Source: Coniocarpon cinnabarinum (taxonomy: Eukaryota). Taken from it: a stretch of 50,309 nucleotides of DNA. The notes under the pieces are model-generated. The model saw only the letters and a program-made list of their open reading frames with translations. It made no database searches and was not told the origin of the DNA. Positions within the stretch are counted from its first letter, which is position 1, and every line of letters begins with the position of its first letter. The position numbers were made by a program, and so were the translations under genes. The DNA lies in the NCBI GenBank assembly GCA_051942205.1, contig JAVECO010000065.1, positions 62,001 through 112,309 of the forward strand, written 5' to 3'. This document shows, in pieces, positions 24,101-35,620 of this stretch.

Positions 24101-25989
24101 CTGATACGAGCGAATCTGAACGTGTCGACAATTCCAGATCTGAATAAGTGCTCTTATCGTCGCTGGTCGTCTCTGAAAGGTTATCATTGTAAGTGCCGCT
24201 TTCCTCGGCTTCAGATTCGCCCCTTGGACCTTTCATGGACGGATCGTAAGTCTCACAGTAGGTGCCAGGGAACCAACCTGGGGAGCTGTTAGCTTTTGCC
24301 TATTTGAATATCTCATACAGAACGCAACTGCTGATGCGGCGAAAGGGAAGTATTTCACCCAATGCGATCCTGTTGATTGGAAGCTGACTACTGTGGGCAT
24401 CTCTCCATGCGGCCAAATTTAGGTTTTCAACTCAACAGCAACGCCGCAGCTATAGAACCAGGGACTGGAATGAGATCTGTCGTGATGCGGGTCTTGCTAC
24501 ACTTACCACGGCGTCCTTTGAGGTATCCGTCGTACCATCCGCTCGCATCCCGAAGCAAAACCCTTATGATATCCCCTTGTTTGAGGCTGAGTTGAGTTTG
24601 GTCATAGGCGTCAAAATCATACAGCACTTTCACAAACAGGACTGATGGACTTAATACGGTGGGGTTGGTGTCGCTTGCATTTCGGCGCTCATCTAATCCT
24701 GATGCCTGTGTGTACGAGGGCTCCAGTAAGGTCGGTCGGGACAGAGTGGCCTCGGTGCTACTTTTGGCGCTCGTAGCTGGGCCGTAGTATGCACCAGATC
24801 CTGCATAATCTTGGAAAAGTTGGTCCCTTGCCCGTGACTCAAGTTTCTTGAGTGCTCGACTGTACTCTGGTGATGGCGACCGATTGCCTAAACCCCGGTG
24901 GAGATCTGCTAGTGACGGTATACTTGTAAAAGATTGCGCATTTCTCGCAATCTTAGCAGGCACAAGATCTTGTGATATTCCTTCACGGAGTTCTGATGAG
25001 GAAGCGTCTGAGCTAAGCTTTGTGTTGTGGGTAGATAAAGCTAGCCCTCTATATTGTGGCGGGAGAGGCGCCCTTTTTCTTCGAGCGTTAGACACATTCT
25101 GCTGACGATTTGCGATAGCACAAACGAGCGGAGGGGGAAAGGGTGCATGCCAAGTGCTTTTGAGGACGCGCAATGGCTTTTGAGAGAGATGACCGCAGAC
25201 GTGGTCGCCATAAAACTTGTGCCAGCTTGTGGAAACGAACTTGCACCAACCACAGGAAGCGAAAAACGGGACCGTTTCGCACACCAAGTGTTCCGAGTGA
25301 CGTTCCTTTTCAAGACGATGAGCACTCTCAAGATGACCTCGAGCGGTGTCCTCGACGTCGGTGACGTAGCTGCACATGCTGCACAGCCAAATCTGCGGAG
25401 GCGATATTTGGGCTAGGTGCTGGAGCCATTCCTGCTCGTCTGTAAAGCGAGCCTCACACTCTTGCTTAAGGCAAGGCAAGAAGCCTTCAGTAGACCCCTG
25501 AGGACACTTGGATCGGCGGCGTAATAGCAGAAATGCGTTCAAATCTGGGTGCGATTGCAGAAAGCTCACTTGTCGGTCGCGTATTCGTCTTACCTGGTAC
25601 TTAATATTAGTGCTAATATGCTTTAATGGACATTTAGATAGATGTTGAGATTGCTGAGCTGCTGTCTCAAATAGCTTTTGAGAGCATGGCGACGGCATTG
25701 CTTGGCAATGTCCAAGGAGATTATAATAGCGACTTCCCGTCCAAAAAAGCAATTCGGGGCTATGACTTACTTCTGACGGCCCAGGTGGCGAGCGATATGG
25801 TATCGTGGCTATCCCGTCAAGTTTCTCGGATACTGTGACATCTGGATTGGAGGGCCATAGCATGTCCTTATCCGTAAAAGTTGTAGACTGCTCCTGTGTG
25901 GTTAGACTTTCTCGTCTTTTGAACTTCTTCTGTACACTTGGCGTTGACTCCTCGTCTTCAGGCTCCGATCTGGGCGCGGTGAAAGGCAT
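21159..25989 (-). CDS. 1517-aa multidomain protein: C2H2-like zinc fingers, SH3, helical domain, further C2H2-like fingers, CxCG domain and two C-terminal TM helices; 3 exons
   Basis: Exons 25989-24507, 24277-22158 and 22109-21159 total 4554 nt in frame. Intron 24278-24506 completes the SH3 (GRR/GWFPGTYC); intron 22110-22157 gives RVIFHC/ACGRRVADDYTE. Both introns have GTRAGT donors and GCTAAC branch points. Confidence 0.85.
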
Positions 25990-26651
25990 TGCTATGGATC
26001 GAGCAAGACAGTCTGGAACTTGCGCTAATTCTCCAAATATTGCGAGAAATAAGAGATCTTCCGGACTGCTGCACCAACAAAGCAGCTTGGCGCATTACTT
26101 GCGTGACATGTTCACACACAGCACCACGGACAGACCGAACTCAAGTTGTGCAGCAGGCGAAGAAACGCATGAAATATCCAATGAAGAGGGAGAAAAGCCA
26201 TCTTTATGACTGTGAGGCAGCGCCCCTCCACCCGCAGCTCAGCCTCGTTGCCTCGCTAACGCAGGGACGTGCCCAATGACGGCCCCCGCTATTTCGTGCA
26301 CGATGCATATTGCTCGTCAGACGTTTATGTCGTCTTGCGAACTGTTCTAACAATCAAGCACCGGCCGCAAAATTGATGCGGCCTCTTTAACGTGAGGATA
26401 CATAGAATGCAGACACGGCAAGGGCCCGGCATAAAAGTCGTTGCCGGATCTGACCCTAGGCGACGAGCCTGTACGATAAGCACAATTCAGGTCACAAATC
26501 TACGAGTACAACGGCGAAAGGTCACTGTCAGCGCAAAGACACTGAATTATAGTGCGGCAATGACAGGAAATCTTACTCAAATGAGAAATACATGATGTGG
26601 CCAGAAATATAACTAACACGTGACAATCTACAAGCTTTCAACAGTGCTCAA

Positions 26652-27183
26652 TCACGTTTTGAATGAGAGGGGCATAGTCTCCGCCTTTTTCAGCTGACTG
26701 GGCCTTTGATCTTTTTCCGGCCTATGGTCGTCGCCATCGTCTTTCTTTGCAATCGGTTGCGGTTTCACCCTGTACTTGTTGTGTCCAATCCAGCCACCAG
26801 CATGCTCATATCCCAGCCCCTCGAGCTTGCCCTCAAATAATTCAATCTTATGACGGTGGACACCAGGTACAACTGTGATCAATGCAGTCAGCACAACAGA
26901 ATGGGACTCCTTTGCGAGCGCAACAGCAACGACACGCATGGTTGCCCAACCCGGGACACTGCTGGGAAGGCAGGTGTGGGGAGAAGGTGCAAGACAACGC
27001 AGACCTACACCAGGGCTTCCAAAGTTTCATCACGTATGTCTTGTCGTTGTATTCTGTTTCCATTTTGCCTTGACCGAATTCCTCTGTCATCAAGTTCTCT
27101 AATTCTTTCTTCTTGAAAGATCGAGTGTATTCGTCAACGCCACTGAAGTCAATCTTGATGTCTCCATCAAGAAACTTAGACAT
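26652..27183 (-). CDS. Small hypothetical protein (131 aa); 2 exons
   Basis: AACATG start; phase-1 intron 26873-27008 (GTAGGT..GCTGAC..CAG) joins MSKFLDGDIK..KLWKPW to FVPGVHRHKIELFEGKLEG.. in frame. Confidence 0.55.
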
Positions 27184-28412
27184 GTTGCTGTCGTTTTGGA
27201 TATTGCGTGGGTGTCGTCAATATATACCGACTATCTTGAAGTACTTACAGTTTCCTGGCAGCTCTGCAATCGATCGGCTTGTTGACCTTTAGTCAAGATG
27301 TCTTCATTCGTCGCCGGAAACAACAGATTAGAAAGACAACCTATTCATATGAATTCATGGGCCAGGTGGGGATCAATACGTCAGGAAAAAGCATCAGGCC
27401 AGATCATCATGCAAGTGTCAGCGCTGCTGAGTCAGATAACGCAGTTTCACCCTGAACGACGACGTAGAGCAAGTTGATTCTCGTGCGGTGCAAGATTTCT
27501 TAGATAACTATGCGCGCATCTGGCGCCACATGTCACTCGTTGCGTTCTCGGAGAAACACAAAGGTCACGTGGCAAGGGTTCCGTAGGAGAATACCTGCCG
27601 CGCTATCATTCAGCAGCTTATGAGCTGCAGAGCGCTTTTGCCGTTGGCTCATGGCTTTCCATCGACTTGACCTTCACGTCTGCAACAGTGGGAACGATCA
27701 GCTTCTTTTGACCCGCAATGGCAAATGTGATCTCGATGTTGGTCTGAGGCTGCCTTCGACTGCTGAAACTTAACTTCTGTCAAGATGGTAAAGTTGTCCA
27801 GCTGTCCAGCTGTGTTTGACGCTAATGCTTCATTGCAAACAAGTAAGCGGTCTCACGCTTACCCGTCAGATCGCGTACAGACAGCGCGAAGAACCACATT
27901 CGCAATCTCAACACATTAAGTTGTAGCCTCAATGAAAGCTTGATATACGTTAAAAGTTGAGGAAAAAAAGTACGTCATCGGCCAGTCGAGGTGGAAGACG
28001 ACCCAGCCAGACTGCTGTTCTGGTATGAGGTTTTCACATCTTTTGGGAGACACTAGTGACCGCCAGAAGCTCCTGTGGGGTTTTCCCATACCTGTTGCCA
28101 GACTGCTCGTGAAGATTGATGAAATAGCATCCTATCTGTATTCTTCTTCAGTGAAGAGTGTGGCGGTGTCGGTGCCAATTCGTTGTAGCGCAAGGAGACG
28201 ATGACGTCAGATCATGCGCAGCCCGCGTGGGGATAGATCGGCACGAAGATCGTATGGCTTTGAAGGCTGTGTAGATGAGGAAATAATCGGTTCTTTCTGC
28301 AGGCTTCCACAGAACTGCATATCATTAAGCGTCGCCCATCGGCCCGTCAAAGACCCCATTAGATCACCCATTCCTCAACCATTTTCTCGCCGCATCTGCA
28401 ACGACCATCGCA

Positions 28413-29324
28413 ATGCCAGACCCTGAAATTCAAGATCCTCCCCCACCTACATACGAGCAAGCGACAGGCTCCTCCAATGCCCCGAACCGGCTCCAAGTAC
28501 CAAATGCGCGTAACAATATTCCACCCGATGCTCGAAGGTCGATGGAGGATGAGGGGAGAGAGCTTCCCGAAGGATGGATCCGTCGGTTCGACGAGGGTCA
28601 CGCACATCAATTCTTCGTAGATACGCGTGCAGAGCCACCAAGGAGCATCTGGCATCACCCGTACGATGACGAGCAGTACCTGTCGACATTGAGCTCGGAA
28701 GAGCGCGAACGCCTTCAGGAACAAGCTCGAGTGCCTAACAAGCGCGATACCGAGGCCATGAGCACCGACGGCGAAGATGCCGGAGACGAGTCGCCCGACG
28801 CATACCAGAAAATGCCGAAAATCTCTTCGCCTCAACAACCGGATGCAGCTTCTGGCGAAGGTTCGAGCAGCCAGCTCCCCCAACAAAAGAGACCATTCGG
28901 TCGGAAGCTGAAGGACAAGATTACTGGTACCACGCATGAACAGAGGGTCCAAGATCGCGAACAACGCGCCAAAGAAGAAGAGCGCCAGTATCAAGAGTAT
29001 ATGGCAATGCGCACTGCCATGAGGAGAGCCATTCAGACCGGTGAGCCGCAGTTCGTGGGAAGAGATAGAGATGGCAAAGATGTCTACATCGAACCACCCA
29101 CACCTCCAGGAGCGTACCGTGGGTATGCTGTCCAGTCCGGCAGATACGTCAATCCTTATTCTCAAGGCCCATACACGAACCCCAATGCGCGATTTTTGAG
29201 GCCCGGGAATCCATATTCAAGGCCCTATGGTCCAGGCTACGGGGGTGGCATAGGTCTTCCGCTGGCCGGTGGCGTTGCAGGAGGACTCCTTCTGGGAGGT
29301 GCTTTGGGTGGGTTTGGATTGTGA
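28413..29324 (+). CDS. WW-domain protein with an N-terminal PPxY motif and a Gly-rich C-terminus
   Basis: LPEGWIRRFD..HQFFVDTRAEPPRSIWHHP (WW domain), PPPPTY, and a C-terminal glycine-zipper-like segment GLPLAGGVAGGLLLGGALGG. Confidence 0.88.
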   Translation: MPDPEIQDPPPPTYEQATGSSNAPNRLQVPNARNNIPPDARRSMEDEGRELPEGWIRRFDEGHAHQFFVDTRAEPPRSIWHHPYDDEQYLSTLSSEERERLQEQARVPNKRDTEAMSTDGEDAGDESPDAYQKMPKISSPQQPDAASGEGSSSQLPQQKRPFGRKLKDKITGTTHEQRVQDREQRAKEEERQYQEYMAMRTAMRRAIQTGEPQFVGRDRDGKDVYIEPPTPPGAYRGYAVQSGRYVNPYSQGPYTNPNARFLRPGNPYSRPYGPGYGGGIGLPLAGGVAGGLLLGGALGGFGL

Positions 29325-29416
29325 TCGGAGACGTACAATTACACCGCTCTGTGTAGCTCCTATTCGATTCTTTGTAGCAACTTTGATATAATGAGACATG
29401 ACCTAACGCTTTCATA

Positions 29417-30037
29417 TCACACGGCTTCTTGTCGCGTTTTTGCCTTTTGACGCATTTTCTCTTCAATCTTACGCTCCGTTGCTCGTTCCGCTTCTTTTTG
29501 CATAATTTCTTTTGCAATACGCTCATTGGTATTGATTGCTTCACTGCGTTCTTGCATCTGTCCCCTGAGCTCCTCTAGATGCTTTTGTGTTTCGGTGTTG
29601 ATGAGTCTTTTCAGCGCTGCAGGGGTTTTCACAAGGTTGTTCCTGATTAAACGCTGAGCATACTGACGGACTTCGAACGGTACTTGGCCACTCGAGTCAG
29701 TCGCTCCGGAGGGAGCTTGAGATGGCGAACCACCCTCAACGGCACCGCCGGGATGCGTAAGGCGTATTCCTGAGACACTGCTGCGATACGTACGACGAGG
29801 GTCGTCAAAAGAAAGTGGAAGCTCCTCGGCATTCACAAGTGGCAGTGTGGCCTCCTCAAGGCGTACAGCATCACCACTTGGCGCAGCGTTTGAACCTTTC
29901 TCAAGGACAATAGTACCCTTGGACGCGGGCGCTTCTAGCGCTGCTTTCATCAAAGCGTTTGTGAATTCCTCAGAGTAGCGCAACTCCCTCTCGTCCATCA
30001 TATCATCGCCTGGGTTTGAGCTTGGAGGCGACTGCAT
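29417..30037 (-). CDS. Hypothetical fungal protein with a C-terminal coiled coil
   Basis: Intronless 206-aa ORF with protein-like composition; segment LPLSFDDPRR..GIRLTHPGG..EGG and a charged helical tail. Confidence 0.7.
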   Translation of the reverse strand: MQSPPSSNPGDDMMDERELRYSEEFTNALMKAALEAPASKGTIVLEKGSNAAPSGDAVRLEEATLPLVNAEELPLSFDDPRRTYRSSVSGIRLTHPGGAVEGGSPSQAPSGATDSSGQVPFEVRQYAQRLIRNNLVKTPAALKRLINTETQKHLEELRGQMQERSEAINTNERIAKEIMQKEAERATERKIEEKMRQKAKTRQEAV

Positions 30038-30525
30038 GCTGGCTACTGCGGCGTGACGCTGAAAGCATCCAATCTGACAACCTCTCAGAGTCGGTTTCAG
30101 GAGCAGCGAAGTTGTTGACGTCCAGACGAGAGTTGGGTAGACTTAATACTGGAATCTTGAACTTGCCGACCCGAGATCTGGCAAAGACCCTAACACGGGA
30201 ACATCCGCGTGGTCCAAGCTTGAGGCTCTAAACAACGCGCTAGCGAACTCGCCAAGAGTTTGGTACATTCACGACCACAACACGATACACGGTCACACGG
30301 TACACGTAGTTTGTTCGTCGTTTCTACTGACATTGACGCACTTTCTCCTATACCTGGCATGGAGTAGAGAGTCTGGCTAGTCATCTTCTCTGCTCTGACT
30401 TCTGTTCAACGTTGTCAGCCCTACCAAAGTTTCTCGGATGTGAAGCTGAGCTGCAGGACTCTTCCTTTCATCTGAACTATAGCTTGCATCGTCCTGACAC
30501 GTCCTTCGGTGAATAGCTCCAAGTC

Positions 30526-31622
30526 ATGGCAACCATGCAGCGACGCGTTCTTGGAGAGAGGGATGTCAATGCAGCTCTTGGTCATTCGTTGCAGACGGCG
30601 AAAGCCAACGACGTGAAGTCTGTGTCTCAAGTCGCTGACGAGCACCCTACTGCTGCAATCTTAACATCGGTCGAGAGCATTGCTCATACGCATGATGCAA
30701 GACCTTCTGAGGAGTCTGACCTGGCTATCGAGGGCCGTGCTTCAAGTGTTTTGTTAGGAGATCCAACCACTCGGAAGAGGGTGCGCGCGGACGATGGAGA
30801 TGAAGTAGCGTCTTGCGAGCCTTCACAATCTAGGAGACGAAGGCTCGCATCACCCTTCTTAGAAAGTAGCTTCACTTCGGCTCCATCCAATCCGCTTGCA
30901 CAAGATCAAGACCTGCAGCAAATCAATCAGCCAACTTCACAAGGTTCAGCTATGCGTACAGCGTTGCCTACTACCACTGAGGGCACATCCCAGTCTTCTG
31001 TGAGTTGTTCTCATGCCTGACACTTACTCTGGCTAATCGCTGTCAGGTCGCCGAACTACTTAAGACACGTCTACGACTGGCTGCATTCAAAGTGAAAACA
31101 GATCAGACCAACACTCCCCTCTCCAGACTCGAGACGAACCAATCCGAGGCAACTATGAGACCACGAATTCAAATTCAGGATCCTCCCGAGTGCATCAGGC
31201 AAGCGTTCCAGCGCAAGCAGGCACGACGTCGAAGCCATCCAGTTCCAAGTCTCTCGTGGCCAGCTGAGCGAGCTCAGCCCGACCAGGTTCCTGGACCAAA
31301 CGGACACCCCGGTAGCTACCATTATATCAAGGCGCCATTACCTCAGCCGCCTCCAGGGACAGACTGGACTGGCGAAGATGGGCGTGTCCCTGCCACGACT
31401 GAGCCTGTGCCTACAACACCGTCGTCTGCAGGTGAATGCAGTGACTGCTCTGATGATGAAGACATCCGTGATGTGGACGCTTTGGCCACAAAAGCAGGGA
31501 CCGCCCCTTTGAGATACGCTCCCATTTCTGTGCAGGATAGAGATCTAACGAGCAGTGCAGTCAAAGGCCAAGCAGCAGACTCCCTATTACAGTTAGGAAT
31601 GGGAAACCAACACGCCAGATGA
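30526..31622 (+). CDS. Whi5/Nrm1-like G1/S transcriptional co-repressor; 2 exons
   Basis: GTB/Whi5-like motif ELLKTRLRLAAFKVKTDQTNTP after intron 31000-31046; N-terminal D-box-like RRVLGERDVN; C-terminal LTSSAVKGQAADSLLQL. Confidence 0.75.
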
Positions 31623-31765
31623 CATTGTACGATTATGTGTCCAAAACTCATGAGGGTGCTCATGCATCTAATTCTTTTTCACATGCCAACTTCGAACCAC
31701 AGACTTTCGAGGCAGTCGCTCTACAAACTTACTGGTACTAACATGTGCTGGTAGCTTAACGCGCC

Positions 31766-33120
31766 TCAATCGCTGATCCCGTGCCCTCGAGAAGGAGTAT
31801 TTTTCACCTCCATGAGCACCCTCCTTGCGCTTTCTTCGTCTCGATACGCTTCATTGTACGTTACTTGCAGATTCAAACAGCCTTGGAACGTCCACATAAA
31901 CACCTCAAACTGCGGCAACATCGTGTTATTTTGATAATTCACGTTCACGAGCTCCAATCCTCGCGTCGTTGCCGCATTCCGGCTTCACATACCCGTCAAT
32001 CACACCAACAGTTGACATTTCCACGTTGGCCGCGGGCGGCGCACCCTGAGGTGCAGCACCCATGAGTTCCAGAATCGTGGCGCCATAGACTCGCTGGGCG
32101 CTGAGGAACTGCTGACTCAATCCCTGTCGGTACTCGCGGCTGAATCCTTTGGAAATTTCGGTATAAGTTCACGATGGCGAGATGGTGCCCATGTATGCAG
32201 TTGTGTACATTCTCGATGCATACGCGGGACTGTTGTATGGTGGATCGAGGTAGGGGCGCACGTTGAACTGAGCAAACGTGGTACAGTGTTTGGCTTGCTC
32301 TTCAGGTGGCGCAAGCGCGCAGGTGGCGGCTGCTACTGCGGCGCGAGCAGCAGACGTCATGCTGTAGGCTGATGGACGAAACAAGACATCTGGTTGCATC
32401 TTGTGAAAGCCGCAGCATCGTTTTCCGTGCTACCGGGCGCTCCTCTGGTATTACGATTCTTGTCGGGCAGAACGCCCATGCAGCAGTGCCCGGAACGAGC
32501 AAACATCATGACGAAACGATGAGCGATATTACGCATCTCCTCCGTGGCTACGTCTGGGACCTTCAACGCCTCCTCTATTGATGGCACCACTTCACCTCCT
32601 CAAGGTAGGCGGGCTACGGCTTGCTCATCGCTGCTCACCACGCCTTCGAGTAACGCGTTCATGGGCATGAGAATGCTAACGCCATCTATGCGTCAGTGAG
32701 AAGCGCTGAGAATGACCTGCGATTTGCACGGCATAAAGTGCAAGGTCATGTACTTCTGAAGGGTGAGCTTGGAGATGGGTTCGTCCGCGGAGGTTTCGTC
32801 AGATACAGTGAAGGTTTCTTTGCACCATGCTTCTAATTGAGCCAAGTCCGGAACGTTACAAGTGAGCTTATCATCAGACACCGTCGACGCAATGCTCGGA
32901 TGGTGAGAACGCAGAAGCTTCCATGCATTGCGAAGGATCAGAATCAGGTCTATAGTCGCTAAGATACCGCGAGGCTTGATGGTGGCGACCGATGAAATGG
33001 CCCAGTGTTATCGAACAACAGCTATGCCTCTTGCAGCCACCATTCACATGAACTTCTCGGACTGATCGATTGGGCGATTGGGCGCTGGTATACAATCGCA
33101 GATACCTTGCGCCACGACAT
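31766..33120 (-). pseudogene. Pseudogene of a CoA-dependent (HxxxD) acyltransferase, Tri3-like fungal O-acetyltransferase family
   Basis: Reconstructed MSWRKVS..YQRPI..R*HWAI..LRNAWKLLRSHHPSIA..LEAWCKETF..SH*RIDG..FNVRPYL..FMWTFQGCLNLQVTYNEAY. In-frame stops at about 33044, 33008, 32693, 32600 and 32169; frameshifts at about 33077, 32400 and 31960. Confidence 0.8.
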
Positions 33121-34304
33121 GTCGTTCGTAGTCAAGTCCCTGCTGGGATGTCGCAGAACACTGCATCATTGGAAGGTCATGCAACTTTCCTTTGCATAGT
33201 CGCTGAACGGGAAGGGCCTCGTAAGCGTGTAAGCTCAGCACGTAGCGAAAAGGTCTCGGTTCATTCCAACCATGGTACAGTGGATGAGCCATGGCGCCCT
33301 ATGGATGACAGAGAACTGCGTCAACTCACTCCCGAAACATTGCATCCGTCGCGCCTTCCAATTAGGGCTATCCCCGTCTTGCCCATGTCTTCTGGTTGAG
33401 ACTCCCGGCCACGACACTTGGCCGTGTCTGTGTTCTTGAGTGGAGTTCTGGTCAGCCGTCATGGGCGTAACCCTCTACGTTCAATGGACGCCGCCTGTTA
33501 GCTCCATATCTGTCTAGACGTTGATGCGCAGCTCGCAGTTGTCCCTCAGAGACTCGAGCGGTCCCTGTGTTCTTATATGCGCGGTTTGTCCTTACCTACC
33601 TGTTACCGAGCACGCAGTTCTCTCACATGTAGTGCATCAATGTTTGCAGATAGGCCACGAAGGAGTGCCGCGGATGCTGCAGAGAGTGCTTCCATCATGT
33701 CACCATCCCCATGGCCCAGTCGGCTACATGTGATAGCAAGGGCTGTGCACAGGGTGTGGATTGTACAGTGTATCTCGAGGAGGTCTCTGCAGAGATAGCC
33801 ATGGCAGGAAGTATACCTACTGCGCAGCCAGCGAATGCACCACGCAGCCAACATATACATTCATCAGCTCAAGTGCAGCCGAACATTCCCTCAAAATGAA
33901 CGTCTCGCGTACGCAGCGCCGTGCTCACAAATCAGTACATCTGCCAGGTGTCATTGCGTTCCTCTGTGGGACCTAGCATCGCCGGTTGACAGGACACATG
34001 GGTAGCTCATGATTATAAGGGCCTCAAAATTTTGTCCGAGATCGGGGGCCAGAGGCTACCAGCAGGAACGTCCACCGAGGTAGGCTAGATCAGGGCGAGA
34101 TCAGGATTCCCCGGTGGAGATGACAGGGATACAGCTCGGCGCAGGTCTCAGCTAACCCCGGGTAGGTCGATTGCGACGTGCAGCACAACGCTCGTTCCCA
34201 TTTGACCAATGATTAGACAAGCGAGTCAGCCTCGGAGGAGTGGGCGTCAGGTGGATCACCTCGCTGCAGCTTCGTCACTATCATCAGGACGTCTCGTACA
34301 CGTC

Positions 34305-34312
34305 TATAAAAA
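34305..34312 (+). promoter_or_regulatory. TATA box upstream of the serine protease gene
   Basis: TATAAAAA about 140 nt upstream of ATG 34451, followed by a pyrimidine-rich tract. Confidence 0.45.
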
Positions 34313-34450
34313 CATGGCCTTTGGCGACTCTGACCTGTTTTCTCAATCTTTATTACTCTTGCTTGATTAGGCGCGACTCATAGGACTTTTTCGTGAACTA
34401 GATCGACCAAAGATCGCCCAAAATCGAGAGTTCAGACCGCGAACAAGATC

Positions 34451-35620
34451 ATGTCACATGACAAGCCGGATGTCATTGGCCCACAACACGTTTGCGCCCC
34501 TAGCGTCCGCCTAGTAGAGCTCGAGGTCCCTCCTCATGGCAAATCTACTGCCAGATTTAGTGCGCGTCGTTGTCTTGAAAGCCTCGGGCGACATGGGGAT
34601 CGCCGACTCTTAGCTGATGGGAGAGATGTCAATCCGCCGGGGCAATACGACGGTGAGGCCAACCGCAACATTCAAAAGCAACGCAACTAAACTCGCGGGG
34701 CAGCAATCTGCCAAACGTCCTCGTATTTTCCCAACATCGGAAAATGGTTCGATGGCAACGCCTGGCTTGTCACGCGTAAGTGGACAGCTTTCTAGCCATG
34801 CTTTGCTGGCAAGCGTGCTCTGAACATTCGAGGCCAGCTGATGTGATCGGTACGGCGGGTCATAACCTGTACCATCGAGTAAACGATCAAGAAAATCGTG
34901 GTGGCTTGCTGCAATTCGTGAAGTGTCACTTTCAGTGCAGTGCTAGGAAGGAGTATCGGTATGGCAAAGTTGCGGTAATGCCTGAGGACTACTACAGGCG
35001 CAGCCGCTCTGTCGACGATATAGGTTTTGTATGTCGGTTCTAAGTGCAGGGGCGAGGCTCTGCTGAATCATTGTAGATTCTTCTGAACGAGCCGATCATC
35101 GACGTCCCTCTTTTCACCATTTCGACCACACATTTCTCAACGCCTATCCAGCTCGAGGTCGTGGGTCATTCCAGCAAGCGTCCGGATGGGAAAGGACTGT
35201 ACAGACACTCGGGGAAAGCTGAGATCATCCAGGAGGGCAATGGCAACTTGCTCCGTTATAACATTGACACGATGCCAGGTAAGTTCCATGACGCCCCTTG
35301 TCAGCAGATTCCTCAGGCTTCGCAAATCATTAAATGCGCATAGGTCAATCAGGGTCACCCGTTCTCCAAAGGTTGACCGACAATCGCGTCGAAGTTGGTA
35401 AGCAAATCGTTCGGTTTAGACACGGATTTCCCTCTTTTGACTTTTCTCCTGATCAGTTGGCGTTCATGTATCTGGAGACGAGGACGACGTCCCCACTAAC
35501 TACGGCTGCCCTGTTGGAGTCCGTGGACATCGGCCGGAGGACTACATTGCCGCCCTACGCCAGGAAGCGGACACCCTGGTTTCGATGCCAAGCGACTCAT
35601 CCACCTCTTTGGAAACCTGA
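34451..35620 (+). CDS. Chymotrypsin-fold serine protease, V8/glutamyl-endopeptidase-like (S1B-like), 294 aa, no signal peptide; 6 exons
   Basis: Exons 34451-34652, 34704-34775, 34838-35028, 35077-35278, 35344-35397 and 35457-35620 total 885 nt with no internal stop. Triad motifs: WLVTPDVIGTAGHNLY (His), DDIGFILL (Asp), YNIDTMPGQSGSPV (Ser), followed by VVGVHVSG. Confidence 0.88.

Noticed and set aside
24427..24506. Apparent truncated SH3 at the end of the 520-aa ORF
   Set aside because: This tail is intron read-through; splicing to 24277 completes the domain.
28359..29165. 268-aa antisense ORF over the WW gene (likewise 37207-37902 and 44524-45096)
   Set aside because: Lies almost entirely opposite a well-supported gene and has no independent motif.
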